Below, one piece after another: positions 32,790-44,811 of a stretch of 64,000 nt of DNA. Positions within the stretch are counted from its first letter, which is position 1, and every line of letters starts with the position of its first letter. The stretch lies in the IMG/VR virus record IMGVR_UViG_3300029928_000002, positions 1 through 64,000 of that record, one strand, 5' to 3'. A model generated the notes under the pieces. It was not told the origin of the DNA. It did no database searches and was given only the letters and a program-made list of their open reading frames with translations. A program made the position numbers and the translations under genes. Source of the DNA: a virus. Taxonomy: Duplodnaviria; Caudoviricetes.

Positions 32790-34337
32790 ATGAGTGATAA
32801 AAAAAAATACCTGGGAATTGAAGGAGCTACAGCAATAGTTAATAGAATTAATGAGACTATTTCTTTTATAGTAACTTCTTCTACCACAAAGAAGGATGCT
32901 TATACTATAGAATCGGTTAGAATGCATGGAGAAGTACAAGCGATAGATTTAACCGAAAGACATTCTGGATCTGGTTCCTTATCATTGATAGAAAAGATAT
33001 TCTAGAGATATGCACAAAAAAAATGTACTATTTATATTGAATATGAAGAATTTAAACTTCCTGTAGGATATTTCATGGTAACTACTTCTAGTACAACAAT
33101 TGCGACTAGTTTTATAGATAACTTTGATAGCGGACCAATGGCAATACAAGTTTTTTGTACATCTGTATAGGGAGCTTGGATTTAGTCTATTACTTTAAAA
33201 ACAAATATTGAAATAGATGGAGATTCTACTGGCTAGGTAGTTATTTCTGAGAAAGCTATTTCTACGGATAACATTGCTGATAAGGCAATAACTAAAGAAA
33301 AGTTAGCTGATGGTATTGCGCCTATTATAATAGAATTAACAGAAGCTGATAATGAATTACAGCAAGATATTATAAATAACTTTGGTAAGGCAACGATCGA
33401 TTCCATGTTCCCCTATGGGAACATAAGTTATTATTATAATAAAGATATTACAAGTGATAAACTTAAAGAGTATTACAATGCGTATACTAATGGTACTTTA
33501 ATCTTTATAAAGCTTTCTGATGGTGGGTTGGATGTGATGATGCCTGTTTAGGAGATGACTAAAGATGGGATCTTTATTAGTTTTTCAGAATTCTTTCTCT
33601 TAGAATTTAACTTTTGTGGCACGGCTTCAATTATAGATAATAAATTAGTTTGTGTACTAGGAGTACCGTATAGTTCTAGAGAAAAGTATACAATTCCTAA
33701 AATAGGTATAAATGACATACCTATTAAGTTTAATACTTCTTCTGGATCCACAACAGTAACAGTTCCAACAAATGAAAGAGTATATTACTATGATGATGAT
33801 ACAGCGTCTAGTAGTACAAAATACCCAAAGTATTCAATGGGAGTACATGGAAATATAACATTTAATTTGGATTTTAATGGCTCTATAGTACAACAATATC
33901 ATATTGAGTTCAGACAATATTCTAGTGGTAAAACCATAAGATTTCCGGAATGGATAGATTTTAAGGAACTCAATCCCGATACTAATAATAATATTACAAT
34001 TAATAGAGATACCGAAAACTATACTTGCATTAAAACTAATTCAGAAGACACTTATATAACTATAGATATTACAAGTACTTATGATAGATATACAGGAATT
34101 ATTACAGCTGTTCCTATAACTACTGGACTATATACTAAATATAGTAAGATAAAGTTTGAATTTAGTAATTAGGGTAGCTATGCTGATATTACCCCAAGTT
34201 CTGGAACAATAAGTGCTGATGGTATTTTATACACCAGTACTGCCGGCAAGTTCACTTATACTTATAAGGGAACTTCCTACGATCCAAACGTTACAATAGA
34301 TTAGTATAATCCAATAAATAGAACTATAACTATTTAA
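32790..34337 (+). CDS. Fibre/spike-like protein (code 15, 515 aa)
   Basis: N-terminal KYLGxxG motif; 'AISTDNIADKAITKEKLADG' fibre repeat. Confidence 0.7.
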
Positions 34338-34418
34338 TTTATAGATTTAATAAATCTAATAATTACTATATAAATATTATAGATAATATAATTTAATTTT
34401 TTAAAATTTTAACAAATT

Positions 34419-35654
34419 ATGGCAATTAATTATTTAGGTCAAGCCGGTACTTAGGTATTGGTGGACAAAATTAAAGCAGTGTCAACAAGTTCTGCTAGCA
34501 TTGAAGAAGAACTTAAAAAGAAAGTTCCTCTGGGAGATGATGGTGTTATTTCATCGCAGTATCTTCCAAGTTATGTAGATGACGTTGTTGAAATTACAAG
34601 CATTCTCGCTGATGAGAAGGCACTTCCTATAGACAATCGTGATGCAAGTATGCTTTATTACATTAAAGCTACAAAGCAGCTTAATCAGTTTGTAGTTGCT
34701 AGCAAGTCTTGGACAAAGACTACTCCTGAAGTAGGTAAGATTTATGTAACTAAGGACACAGATCTTACATACAGATGGTCCGGTTCAGATTTGGTAGAAA
34801 TCAGTAAGTCAATTGCTCTTGGTGAGACATCTTCAACTGCTTATTCTGGCGATAAGGGTGCTGCCAATAGAAAGGATATTGACGCAATCAAGAGTGGTGA
34901 TCTTCCACTTGTAAGCCCTTCGATTGTTCCAGTAAGTGGTGCAACATCTTTGTGGACAGTAAAGAAGGCTGGTGAAAAGGGAGCTGTCGTAGCTGGTCTT
35001 GTAGGTACTGGCAACCTTACAGTACTTAAGGGTTATACAGTTGTATTTAACGGCAGTATGAAGTGGACTCATGATGATTCTCATAAGGATCCTACTGCAA
35101 TGTCTGGTGGTAACTGGAGTAATAAGGCTCTTCCTGCTTCTGGTGTTCTTTCAGACGCTTACACTACAACTGTGACTAGTGATACTACAGTTACTGCTGG
35201 AGTACAAGCTGCAAAGCAAGGTCTCGTAGAAAGCAACGGTATTATTAAGTGGGCTTCTGATTCAGATGTTAGCAAAACTACTGCTTCAGTAAGGGTTCAT
35301 TTCAATTACAAGGTTCTTTGGCAGAGCACTGCTGCTTTTGATGCAGCCGCCTTGTTAGACGCTGTTACTACTCCAACCTCTGGTGATAAGAAGTATATCA
35401 CAGCTGATGGTAGGAACAGAGTACTTACTGGTATTACTACTACTTCTGACCAGTATTTCGTATATGCTTATCCAGCATCTCTTGGTGATCTTACTAAGAT
35501 TACTTTGAATGATGCTACTCCTTTGTTGAACGACGGCTTTGTTAAGTCTACATTGACTGTTACTGATCCTGACACAGGAGCTTCAGATAAGTATAATGTA
35601 TATACAAGTGTTTAGAAGGGCGCATTTACTAACGCCAAATTAGATATTGCATAA
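34419..35654 (+). CDS. Fibre protein (code 15, 411 aa)
   Basis: 'LPSYVDDVVE...GKIYV...YRWSGS...LALGETSSTAY.GDKG' fibre module. Confidence 0.8.
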
Positions 35655-35688
35655 TAATTATTAACTTTTAAAAAGAACGTAAAATAAT

Positions 35689-36372
35689 ATGGCAAGAATA
35701 GGTTTAAGTTAGGCAAATACCCTGAGATCAAACAATACCACTTCTACTGGATATGGTATTGTATATGCAGATGAAATTAGTGGACATAGGTCAGTTGCTA
35801 ATCTTGATGCGTTATATGCATTGAATGCTTGGCAACTTTCTATTAGCGGAGATAATACAGGTAATGATGCTATCGGTCAGCAATGGTATGTTGTTGATGC
35901 CGATGGCAGTGGTACTGGCAATCACTATGAGTTAATTAACTGGGATAAGAGAGGTACCGCAGACGGTTGGAAAGTAGTAGCTTCAGGCGTTTCTTCCGAC
36001 GTTGATGCAGCTATTAAGACTGCAGTAGGTGCAGAAGCTACTCGTGCAAAAGCTGCTGAAGCTGCCAACACTAAAGCAATTGCAGACAATCTTACTACAG
36101 CTAAGGCTTATACAGATACAGAAACTACAAACAGACGTTCTGCTATTAATGCTGTATATGGCGAAGATCCTGGAGATACTCCAGCCCACACCATTAAAGG
36201 TAATGCAGACGATCTTGCTGCTGAAATTACTCGTGCAAAGGCTGCTGAGAAAGTTAATGCAGATAAGAATACAGCACAGGATACTTCTATTAAAGCTCTG
36301 CAAGATGGTAAGGTAAATACTGCCGACTTGGTAGAGATTACTGCTGATGAAGTAACTGCTATGTTCAATTGA
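35689..36372 (+). CDS. Fibre protein (code 15, 227 aa)
   Basis: 'AEATRAKAAE' coiled-coil repeats; single TAG at codon 8. Confidence 0.8.
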
Positions 36373-36393
36373 TATAATTAATTAATCATCTAT

Positions 36394-36428
36394 CCCCCCC
36401 CCCAAAAAAAAATTATTTGGGGAGGGGT
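36394..36428 (+). terminator. C-run/G-run hairpin, probable terminator
   Basis: CCCCCCCCCCAAA...TTTGGGGAGGGG. Confidence 0.5.
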
Positions 36429-36442
36429 TATAGTTTTATTTT

Positions 36443-38107
36443 ATGAAATATTTAGGATAGAAAGGTGCGCAAGTACTTGTTAATAAAATTAAATCAAGCT
36501 CATTACCTGAAGGAACTGAAAACAACTAGATTCTGAAGTGGGATAATGATAACAGTAAAGCAGTTTGGACAACTTTAGAGTTAGATGATGTAGCAGCCTA
36601 TGGTGTTAGAATAGACCAATCTGTTGCAGATCCTCATCTTACACGTATAGGTAATATGACATATCATAAAACCCTTCCAATACAATCTAAATTAGCAGGT
36701 TGTATTGCAACACATAAAGGTTCTACTTACAGAGCGGATAATGCTGAATTTACTTCTGGTAATATCCAATATTGGTTAGATCCAAATGATTGGAGATTTA
36801 GAAAAACTCCAGTGATGAAAAATATGAAACTAACCGTTGCTTCTGGCTCTTATACTTTAACTGATGATATATTTAAAACTCTTTAGTATGAATAGCAATA
36901 TGTGAAAGTTAGTGGTTTAATAGCTCAAGTAACTTCTATAGATACCACTAATGGTGTAGCTACTTTAACCTTTGAAGCAACTACAGGTCTTCCAACAGCT
37001 TCTTCAAATTCTATTTCTGTAGAATTAGGTTCTGTAAGAAATGGCTATGACGGTAATGTTATGATTTATTACCCAACATTCTACATTAAATCTAAAGAAG
37101 TATCTTCTGGAGTATATGATATTTTAATTTCTGAAAGTAATGCAAATACCAATGGGTATTATAAATAGAGTGAGGGACTTATGAGTGCTTATAGAGCAAC
37201 TCTATTAAGAACTGTTCCAAAAAATATGGGATATTTGTCCACTTTTGATAGTACCAATTACTTAATATCAGTAGCCAATACCCACGACTACTGTAGGGGA
37301 GGAGCAAACAGTTCTGATTATGATTCATATTTAAGTACCGATAGATTTAGAACTGATTTAGGCAAACCTGTTTAGAATGAGTATTTAAGTTCAATGCGTT
37401 AGTTAGCAGGGGATCAATCACACATCATATAGGATTATACACAGTATAAGAATGTAATGTATTGGCTGTGGGTAATTGAGTATGCTAATTTTAATAGTTA
37501 GGAAGATTACAATGCTGCTCTTACACCTGAGGGGTATCATCAGGGAGGTATGGGTCCTGGAGTAACAGATTGGGATTACGAATATTGGTATAGCTACAAC
37601 AATCATAGGGTTATAACCCCCTGTGGCTTTGGGGATGAATATGGTAACAAAACTACTGTAATAGACCAAGTTGTATCGTCTCACACATTTCATATCCCCC
37701 GTTGGAGAGGGATTACTAATCCCTTTGGAGATTATATAAACACTCTGGATGGTATTGTTATTAAGGACAAATGTTACATTATAGAGGATCCTAATAAATT
37801 TACAGATAGTGCTACCGAAGCAGCGGAAAATGCAGCCAGAAGCTGTGATGCATTTTTATCTTCTGGATACCAGAAAACCCAGGTTTATGGTACTTGTGCA
37901 GATATTCTTCCAAACGATGTTGGTAGCGATGCCACCACTTACATATGTGACTATACATTGGGTTCAGGTAATGATGGTTATACGTATTTCCTAAGCGTAG
38001 GAGGTGATACAAGAGCCTTTTCGACAGCTGGTTTAGCTTGTTATAGCCTCGATAGTGATAGGATGTATAATGGCACTTTCCGCTTTCTAACTTACCGCAC
38101 ATACTAA
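36443..38107 (+). CDS. Receptor-binding fibre protein with C-type-lectin/FGE-like C-terminus (code 15, 554 aa)
   Basis: 'YGVRID', 'WLWVIEYANFNSQ', 'RGITNPFG', 'VGG...AGL...FRF'. Confidence 0.7.
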
Positions 38108-38163
38108 ATTATTATAATAGTTCTAACAAATCTAATACTGTCAATATAATAACTTAACCAAAT

Positions 38164-39000
38164 ATGTTTTCAAATAATAGAATTGAAAGTACTGTACAAC
38201 CTTCTTCTTTTGTAGATCTACATAACGGTGTATGGTACTATAACTATGATATAACCTCAGAGACTAAGTAGGTACCCGAAGATGTAGAGAATCCCGACAA
38301 ACTTAAAGATGTTACATATTATAGTTATGCACAAGTACGTATGTATGGTAAACCTACTTACTCCGAATGTGTATAGCTTATAATTAGAACTTATATAAGT
38401 GATACAGAAGAACTAGATCTAATTAATTCCTATAATAAATATTAGATGGGAGAATCTATATTACAATCTAAATTAGACAGTTATTCTGAATATCTAACAT
38501 TAGTTAATACAATTAAAAATAATGTTGCCAAAGATTTTGGAATTACTTTGGAAACTACTCCTACAGTACAAGCTGCTTCTAATACTTCTATTACAACCTT
38601 TGCTGCAATAATGGTTAATACTGTTGAATTAACAGACTCTCAATCATTGCAACTAAAAGTATTATTCCCCAAATGGGAGGACTATATTGGTAAGGATGTA
38701 AAAGCAGGATTTAAGATGCAATATGGAGATAAATTATTTAAAGTAGTTAAAGATCATACAGTACAGAAACAATACCCACCTTCTATAGATACTGCTTCTT
38801 TATATACAGAAATAACAGAAACATAGTCAGGTACTAAAGATGACCCAATAGACTATCCATCTGATGGTAATATGGTTATCTATAAAGGAAAATACTATAA
38901 AGAAGATGGTGTTCTATATGAATGTATAAGAGATTCCGGACAACCTCTTTATACAAAACTTGCTAATGTGATTGGCAACTATGTTTAGAAAATATCTTAA
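38164..39000 (+). CDS. Fibre-associated protein with CBM5/12-like Tyr/Trp repeats (code 15, 278 aa)
   Basis: 'FPKWE...YGDKLFKVVKDHT...SLYTEI...GTKDDPI...YYKEDGVLYECIR'. Confidence 0.65.
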
Positions 39001-39010
39001 CAAATAATAT

Positions 39011-40153
39011 ATGGATAAAATTAAATATTTAAGTACCGATGGTACTCAAACAATAGTAAATAAAATAAATGAAAATTAGGTACTTAAATAGGATAGTAAA
39101 GGTAATATATCTTCTAGGTATGTAGATTAGGATGGAACTACTACTTATAGTACTGTTACAGGAGAAGGAAATACTGTTATAGGATCAAACAGTTTAACAG
39201 ACTGTACATACAGTTTTGCAATTGGTACGAGTAATACTATAAAATCAGGACATTATAACTGTGTTATAGGATAGGGTAATATAGTTACTAAAGGATATTA
39301 TCAGAATGTTGAGGGAAATGGAAATCAAATAACTATTAGAACAGACGGTTATACTTACGGAATTAACAACCATGTAGAAGGTTATGCAAATTAGGTATAT
39401 AACACCGCACGATATTCTCATGTTGAAGGGTGCCAAAATTTTTTAGGAGACGATATAGATATATCTAGTAACTCAGATTGTTTAGACGGTGCCCATGTGG
39501 AGGGATACAGTAATACAGTTACTGGTAAATACTCTCATACTGAAGGCTATCATAATACAGTAAAGGGGGCATATTCACATGCAGAGGGATATTACAACAT
39601 GACAACAAACGAATCAGAACACGCTTGTGGCCAATATGGTGCATCAACAACTAGCAGTACTGATTCTGCAGCACGAACCTTATTTTCTATAGGTAATGGG
39701 GAACGCTCACAAAGAAAAAGACACAATGCCGTAGAAGTAAAACTTAATGGTGATTTTTATGTATAGTCTAAAACTACTACAGATAAATCTGATTTACTTA
39801 TAAAAGATGCTCCTATGAAGCGTCTCCAAACTTGGTTAAATGAAAAATAGGATACACAAAAGTTTGAAGATACTTCTGATGCTTCTATTACTTTAAAACC
39901 TAATGTATATTATAATATTACTATTACAGATGCGGTTACATTGACTTTAGAGAAACCTACAGACGAGACTGTTAGTAATGTATATCAGTTCTGTTTTGAC
40001 GTAGATACTTCCGTACCTAAAATAACATTCCCTACTGGAATTATGTGGGAAGATACTACAACACTATTAGATAGTAGTCATTATGAATATACTATCAGAT
40101 ATGTAAAAGGTACTTATTATGGCTCTAGAAAAAGATGGGCAAAATAGCTATGA
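39011..40153 (+). CDS. Fibre protein with YadA-like beta-roll head repeats (code 15, 380 aa)
   Basis: 14-aa SH[AV]EG repeats; 'LFSIGNG...RHNAVEVKLNG'. Confidence 0.8.
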
Positions 40154-40527
40154 TTGACAAATTATTCAAAATAACCGAAAATACAGATTTTCCAGTTAAG
40201 GAAAATGGTTAGGATTTTGTAATCTCTGCTAATACATTGTTAAGAAATATTCAATTACTTTTAGGATAGGCAACTACTAGATAGACTGAGTAGGCTCAAC
40301 AGGATATACTAACTAGGCTGGGTGAAGTTGAAAAGCTATTAAAGTATTGCCTATCTAGAAGTAATGAATCTCATACTTTGGCTCAAACATCTTATAATTT
40401 TAATACTAGGGTTTGGGATAAAACTTTAGAAAATTCTAGCGAGGTTGCAAAATTAAAAATAGAAAATAAGAGAATCTTATAGAGATTAAATGATATAGAT
40501 AAATAGTTTGAAAGATTGGGATTATGA
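40150..40527 (+). CDS. Hypothetical coiled-coil protein (code 15)
   Basis: ATGA overlaps at both ends. Confidence 0.6.
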
Positions 40528-41171
40528 ATATAAAGATAAATAAAAATAATATTTATGTATCTTTAGAAAGTAATTACAAAGATTTTGAAAACTGTGTAAC
40601 TCTATATTTATTACTTGATTAGAATGGAAACATATATAAAAGCTGTATTAATGACCATTCTGGAATAGATGAATGCTTATTTCAAAAAATAGAAGATGGG
40701 TATTATAGAGTATATTCTATTATAATTCCTAAATATGAATACTTACCTACAGATTTAAATGTATTGCTTAAATTTGATAAATAGTATTACTACAAAGATG
40801 AATGTGTATATAAGTATTTATTTAGGAAGAATGAACTAGAAGATATAGACTATACAGAATTATTGAAGGATTGTAATAGTAATATTACTACATCTTATAG
40901 AGATGTATTTATGTACTATACTTTAGAACAATCTTTAATATCTTATATAGTAGCTTCTAGTGATGATGATGTTAAATTATAGAATTTAAGTGTTCCACAA
41001 TGTTCAGATTGTAGAAATATTCCTCAATCTATGACTTTAGAAATAAGGAATAAATTATCTATGATACTTGAAATGATTAAGCATTCTATTAAATGTAATA
41101 ATTTTTAGAGGGCACAGTATTTATTAAAATTGGTAACTAAGTATTGCAATGTCAGAGAAATAGATAGTTGA
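40524..41171 (+). CDS. Structural protein, paralog of 41297..42076 (code 15)
   Basis: 'EDGYYRVYSIIIP'. Confidence 0.6.
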
Positions 41172-41313
41172 TTAGTATAGAGAAATACTAAGTAGATTAG
41201 AAAGGGGTTATATGGATTCCTTGGATGATTTGGTCACCAATTTATTACTCCATAAATATAACCTCTCATGTATTATAAATTAGGATATTCATACTGATGA
41301 TTATATAGAATGA
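41149..41313 (+). CDS. Small hypothetical protein (code 15)
   Basis: 54 aa; overlaps both neighbours. Confidence 0.45.
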
Positions 41314-42076
41314 CTTATGTGATAAAATGTTTAAAGTAGATTAGTATTGTGATTGTAGTGTTAGGATAACTGATACAACACATTCTCTATATGATTAGGA
41401 ATCTTTATATTCTTTTAAATATGAAGATACTATGACTTTAGACATAATAATTTATAATAATTCTATTTCTCCAAAATTACAGGCAATAGTTTTTACTGAC
41501 CATAATGGATATTTAACAGAAGTGAAACTACCATTATCTAAAGATGGATGGTATACAATTTACCACATTATACTACCTACAGATAAATGGTATTATAAAG
41601 AATAGCAGAATAGATTTAATAAGTTACATAAATATAAAGATATTTATATTACTGATGGAAAATCTATTTATCGTAGAGAAAATGGAGAATTAGTAAAGTT
41701 AGAAATTTTAGATCTTTTAAGAGAAGATTTGAATAAATCAACTGCACATATTTATAGTAAGGATATTTTCTCTACTTGTTATTTAGAAGAATGTTATATA
41801 TCTATATGTAATAAATTATTATCTAAAGATTCTGATACTCAAATAGAATATCAAAGAGATTTTATTTGGAGCACTTTAGAAATTATAAATATATTAGTAT
41901 AGAACACTAATTTAAGATAGGCACAATCTATTATTGAAGAAGTAATGAGTTGTAAGGGATTTTGTTTTAGTAATGTAGAAAATAAATCTACAAGTTTAAA
42001 TCAAATTTCTCAATATAATACTTCTAGAAGTAATGGATTTTATATATAGTCAGATTGTAATTGTAATAAACAATAA
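41297..42076 (+). CDS. Structural protein (code 15; start may be 41327)
   Basis: 'KDGWYTIYHIILP', 'RDFIW', C-terminal 'DCNC'. Confidence 0.65.
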
Positions 42077-42090
42077 TAAATATAATTATT

Positions 42091-42840
42091 ATGGGATGTA
42101 ATTGTGGTAATCCAAGACCTCCTTTTAGGCCTACTGATCCAAACTGCCCTCCACCACCAAGACCAGAAGATAGAGATTGGGATGAGGCTAGATGGCATGA
42201 ACGTTGGGAGCATGATGATTGTAATGTTCCTCCAAGACCAGTTCCTCATAGGAAATTTAATTATTTTGGACAGTATACCGATCTAGAAAAATAGATTATT
42301 GCAGAACAGTTAGGTTTCTCAGAAGGAAATGTTACAGTTGTAAACTATCCTGATGGAGAAGACCTTACTCAGAGGATTTCTTCTAATCAGAAGGTTTTAA
42401 AATTTAAAGATAAAGATTATGATCCACAGAATTGCAGTGGATATGGTAGAGTATATCTTCGTAAGAATATTGAAGGTACAACTTGTGGTAGAGTTTCTTC
42501 TGCACCTAGAAATATTCTGAGACAAGAGATGTTCTATGATGAGAATGGCAATCCAAGAGATCATACTATCTTTATTATTCAGTATGATTATGATTTGGAT
42601 GACGCTTACATCAAACTTCCAGAAGATTCTATTTTGAAGTTTGAAGGAGGTAGTCTTAGTAATGGTACATTGATGCTGAATAATACTTATTTGTATCCGA
42701 TGCCATTCATTACAAATCTTTATCTCCATAACATACAAACTGCTAACGATCCTGGAGAAGGACAGCTTACTTATTATGATGATAAGTTAGAGTTGCAAAT
42801 TAGTAAAGGTGAAGCTAAAGAATTAAAATTCGCTGAATAA
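42091..42840 (+). CDS. Fibre-anchor-like protein (code 15, 249 aa)
   Basis: 'DGEDLT...LKFKDKDY...SGYGRVYLRKNI...IQYDYDL...LKFEGGSL' motif seen in Bacteroidota phage fibres. Confidence 0.7.
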
Positions 42841-43709
42841 TGTAGAGACTGTAGACTTGTGAACTACCTAATGATTTTAGACACGTCTGTTTCAAAGATT
42901 TACAATCTTACATATCTATAGACAGCTTTATTGATATACTGAGAGGATATTCTGATGTAGAGATTAATGAAATTAAAAAGCTATTAGGAATACCCTCTAC
43001 AGTTTATGTTGATAAAGATATAAATATGTACTCTACACATCCTGTAGAGAATAGAGCTGTCTTTGATGCACTGTCTAAGAAAGTTGATAAGAATCGTATT
43101 GCTACAGTAGCAATAACTGGTAGTTATAAAGATTTATCCGATGTTCCAGTCAATTTACCTAATCCAGAAGGTCTTATAATTCAAGATAAAAATGGAGAAT
43201 ATTAGGTATATGATGGAAGTGAAGCTATGAAAATTACTTTACCTCAATCTGTTAAAGATTTAGGGGATTGGAAAGATTTTGTAGTAGATTATGATAGGAT
43301 TGAAAAGATGCTCCCTATAAGGAACATCTTGCTTAATGGTGTATTACTTCCAATTAATGCTAGTGGCACAGTTACTATTAAGACTATCACTTGGAAAGAA
43401 CTTGAAGAGAAATTAAAGAATTATATTACTGCAGATGATTTAAATCTGTATAAAGGAGAACTTGAGTAGTTAGTAGTTAAAAAGATTTCAGTATTACGTA
43501 CTGAATTACTTAAAGACATTGATGCTTTAACTAAGGATACTACAGCTAAATTTACAGATGTAAATAACAGTATTACATTATTGTAGAATAGCAGCAATTC
43601 TGCAGACCAAGATATACAAAGTCTTAGAAATGATTTGTAGGATTTATCTACTCAATTAAAATCTGCAATAAATGATATTTCTATTATAAAAGCAAAATTA
43701 GGAATTTGA
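42840..43709 (+). CDS. Fibre/stalk protein (code 15, 289 aa)
   Basis: 'STHPVENRAV', 'ATVAITGSYKDL', C-terminal coiled coil; TAG at codon 2. Confidence 0.7.
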
Positions 43710-43747
43710 AGATAATAAATATTTTTTGATGTGTAATATGAATTAAT

Positions 43748-44797
43748 ATGGCTTAGGAAACTCAAACATTGGATAGTCTGGATTTTGACGATACTCAGGA
43801 ACAGACTACTCCACAACAAGAAGAACCTACTCCAGAATCTCAACCTGAAGCACAACAGTAGCCAGATAACCAATCTACTGATGCTATTAAGGATTATTTG
43901 AGTACTATCGGAATTAAGGATTCTTCTAAAATAAAATTTGAAGATGATAAAGGCAATGTTTAGGAAAAATCATGGGATTCTCTTACTGAGGATGAAAAAC
44001 TTAACATTTTAAAGACTCCTAATGTTAAGCAGGTAGATCCTTCTTAGGCAAGTGCTTATGGATTAGATGATTAGGAGACATAGTTAATTAATTATCTGAG
44101 AGCTAATAATTTATCTCCAGAAGAATATTCTTAGATGTTACAGCAACAGGGAGCTAGTTCTAATACTCCTGAACCTGTATATCAAGTAGATTCACTATCT
44201 GATGATGATTTATATCTTGCAGATATGCAATTACGTGCTAAAGATATTACTGATGAAGAGCTGCAGCAAGCCTTAGAGCAAGCTAAAAGTAATCCTGAAA
44301 CTTACCAAAAGTATGTTAATGGATTGCGAGAAGAGTATAAGAATCTTGAGAATCAGAATTCTGAACAGCAACAAGCTGAAGAACAAGCTGCTCAACAAGA
44401 ACAATATACTCAATTCTCTAATCAAGTACTAAATTCTATAAATAATCTAAATTCAATTGGAGATTTAGATATATCTATGGATGATAGAGAGAAAGATGAG
44501 CTTGCATAGTTTATACTTGGTCAAGATGGTGCAGGTGTAAATTACATTACTAAGGCTTTGAATAATCCCGACACTCTTGTAGCTGCTTCTTGGTTTTTAC
44601 TTAATGGACAGAATGCTTTTTCTGAAATTCAGGATTACGTAAGTAATGCTGTTAAATAGGCTAGACAAGCTGGCAGAGAAGAGGCTATTAAAGAAATGAA
44701 GGGTTCTAGTAAGCCGTCAGTAATAGTAACATCTCCTAACAAGCCTAATCAATCAAATACTCCAGTAAATAGTATTGACGATATAAATTTTGATTAA
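43748..44797 (+). CDS. Acidic scaffold-like protein upstream of the MCP (code 15, 349 aa)
   Basis: D/E/Q-rich and helical; position. Confidence 0.65.
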
Positions 44798-44811
44798 ATT
44801 TAAAAGATTTT

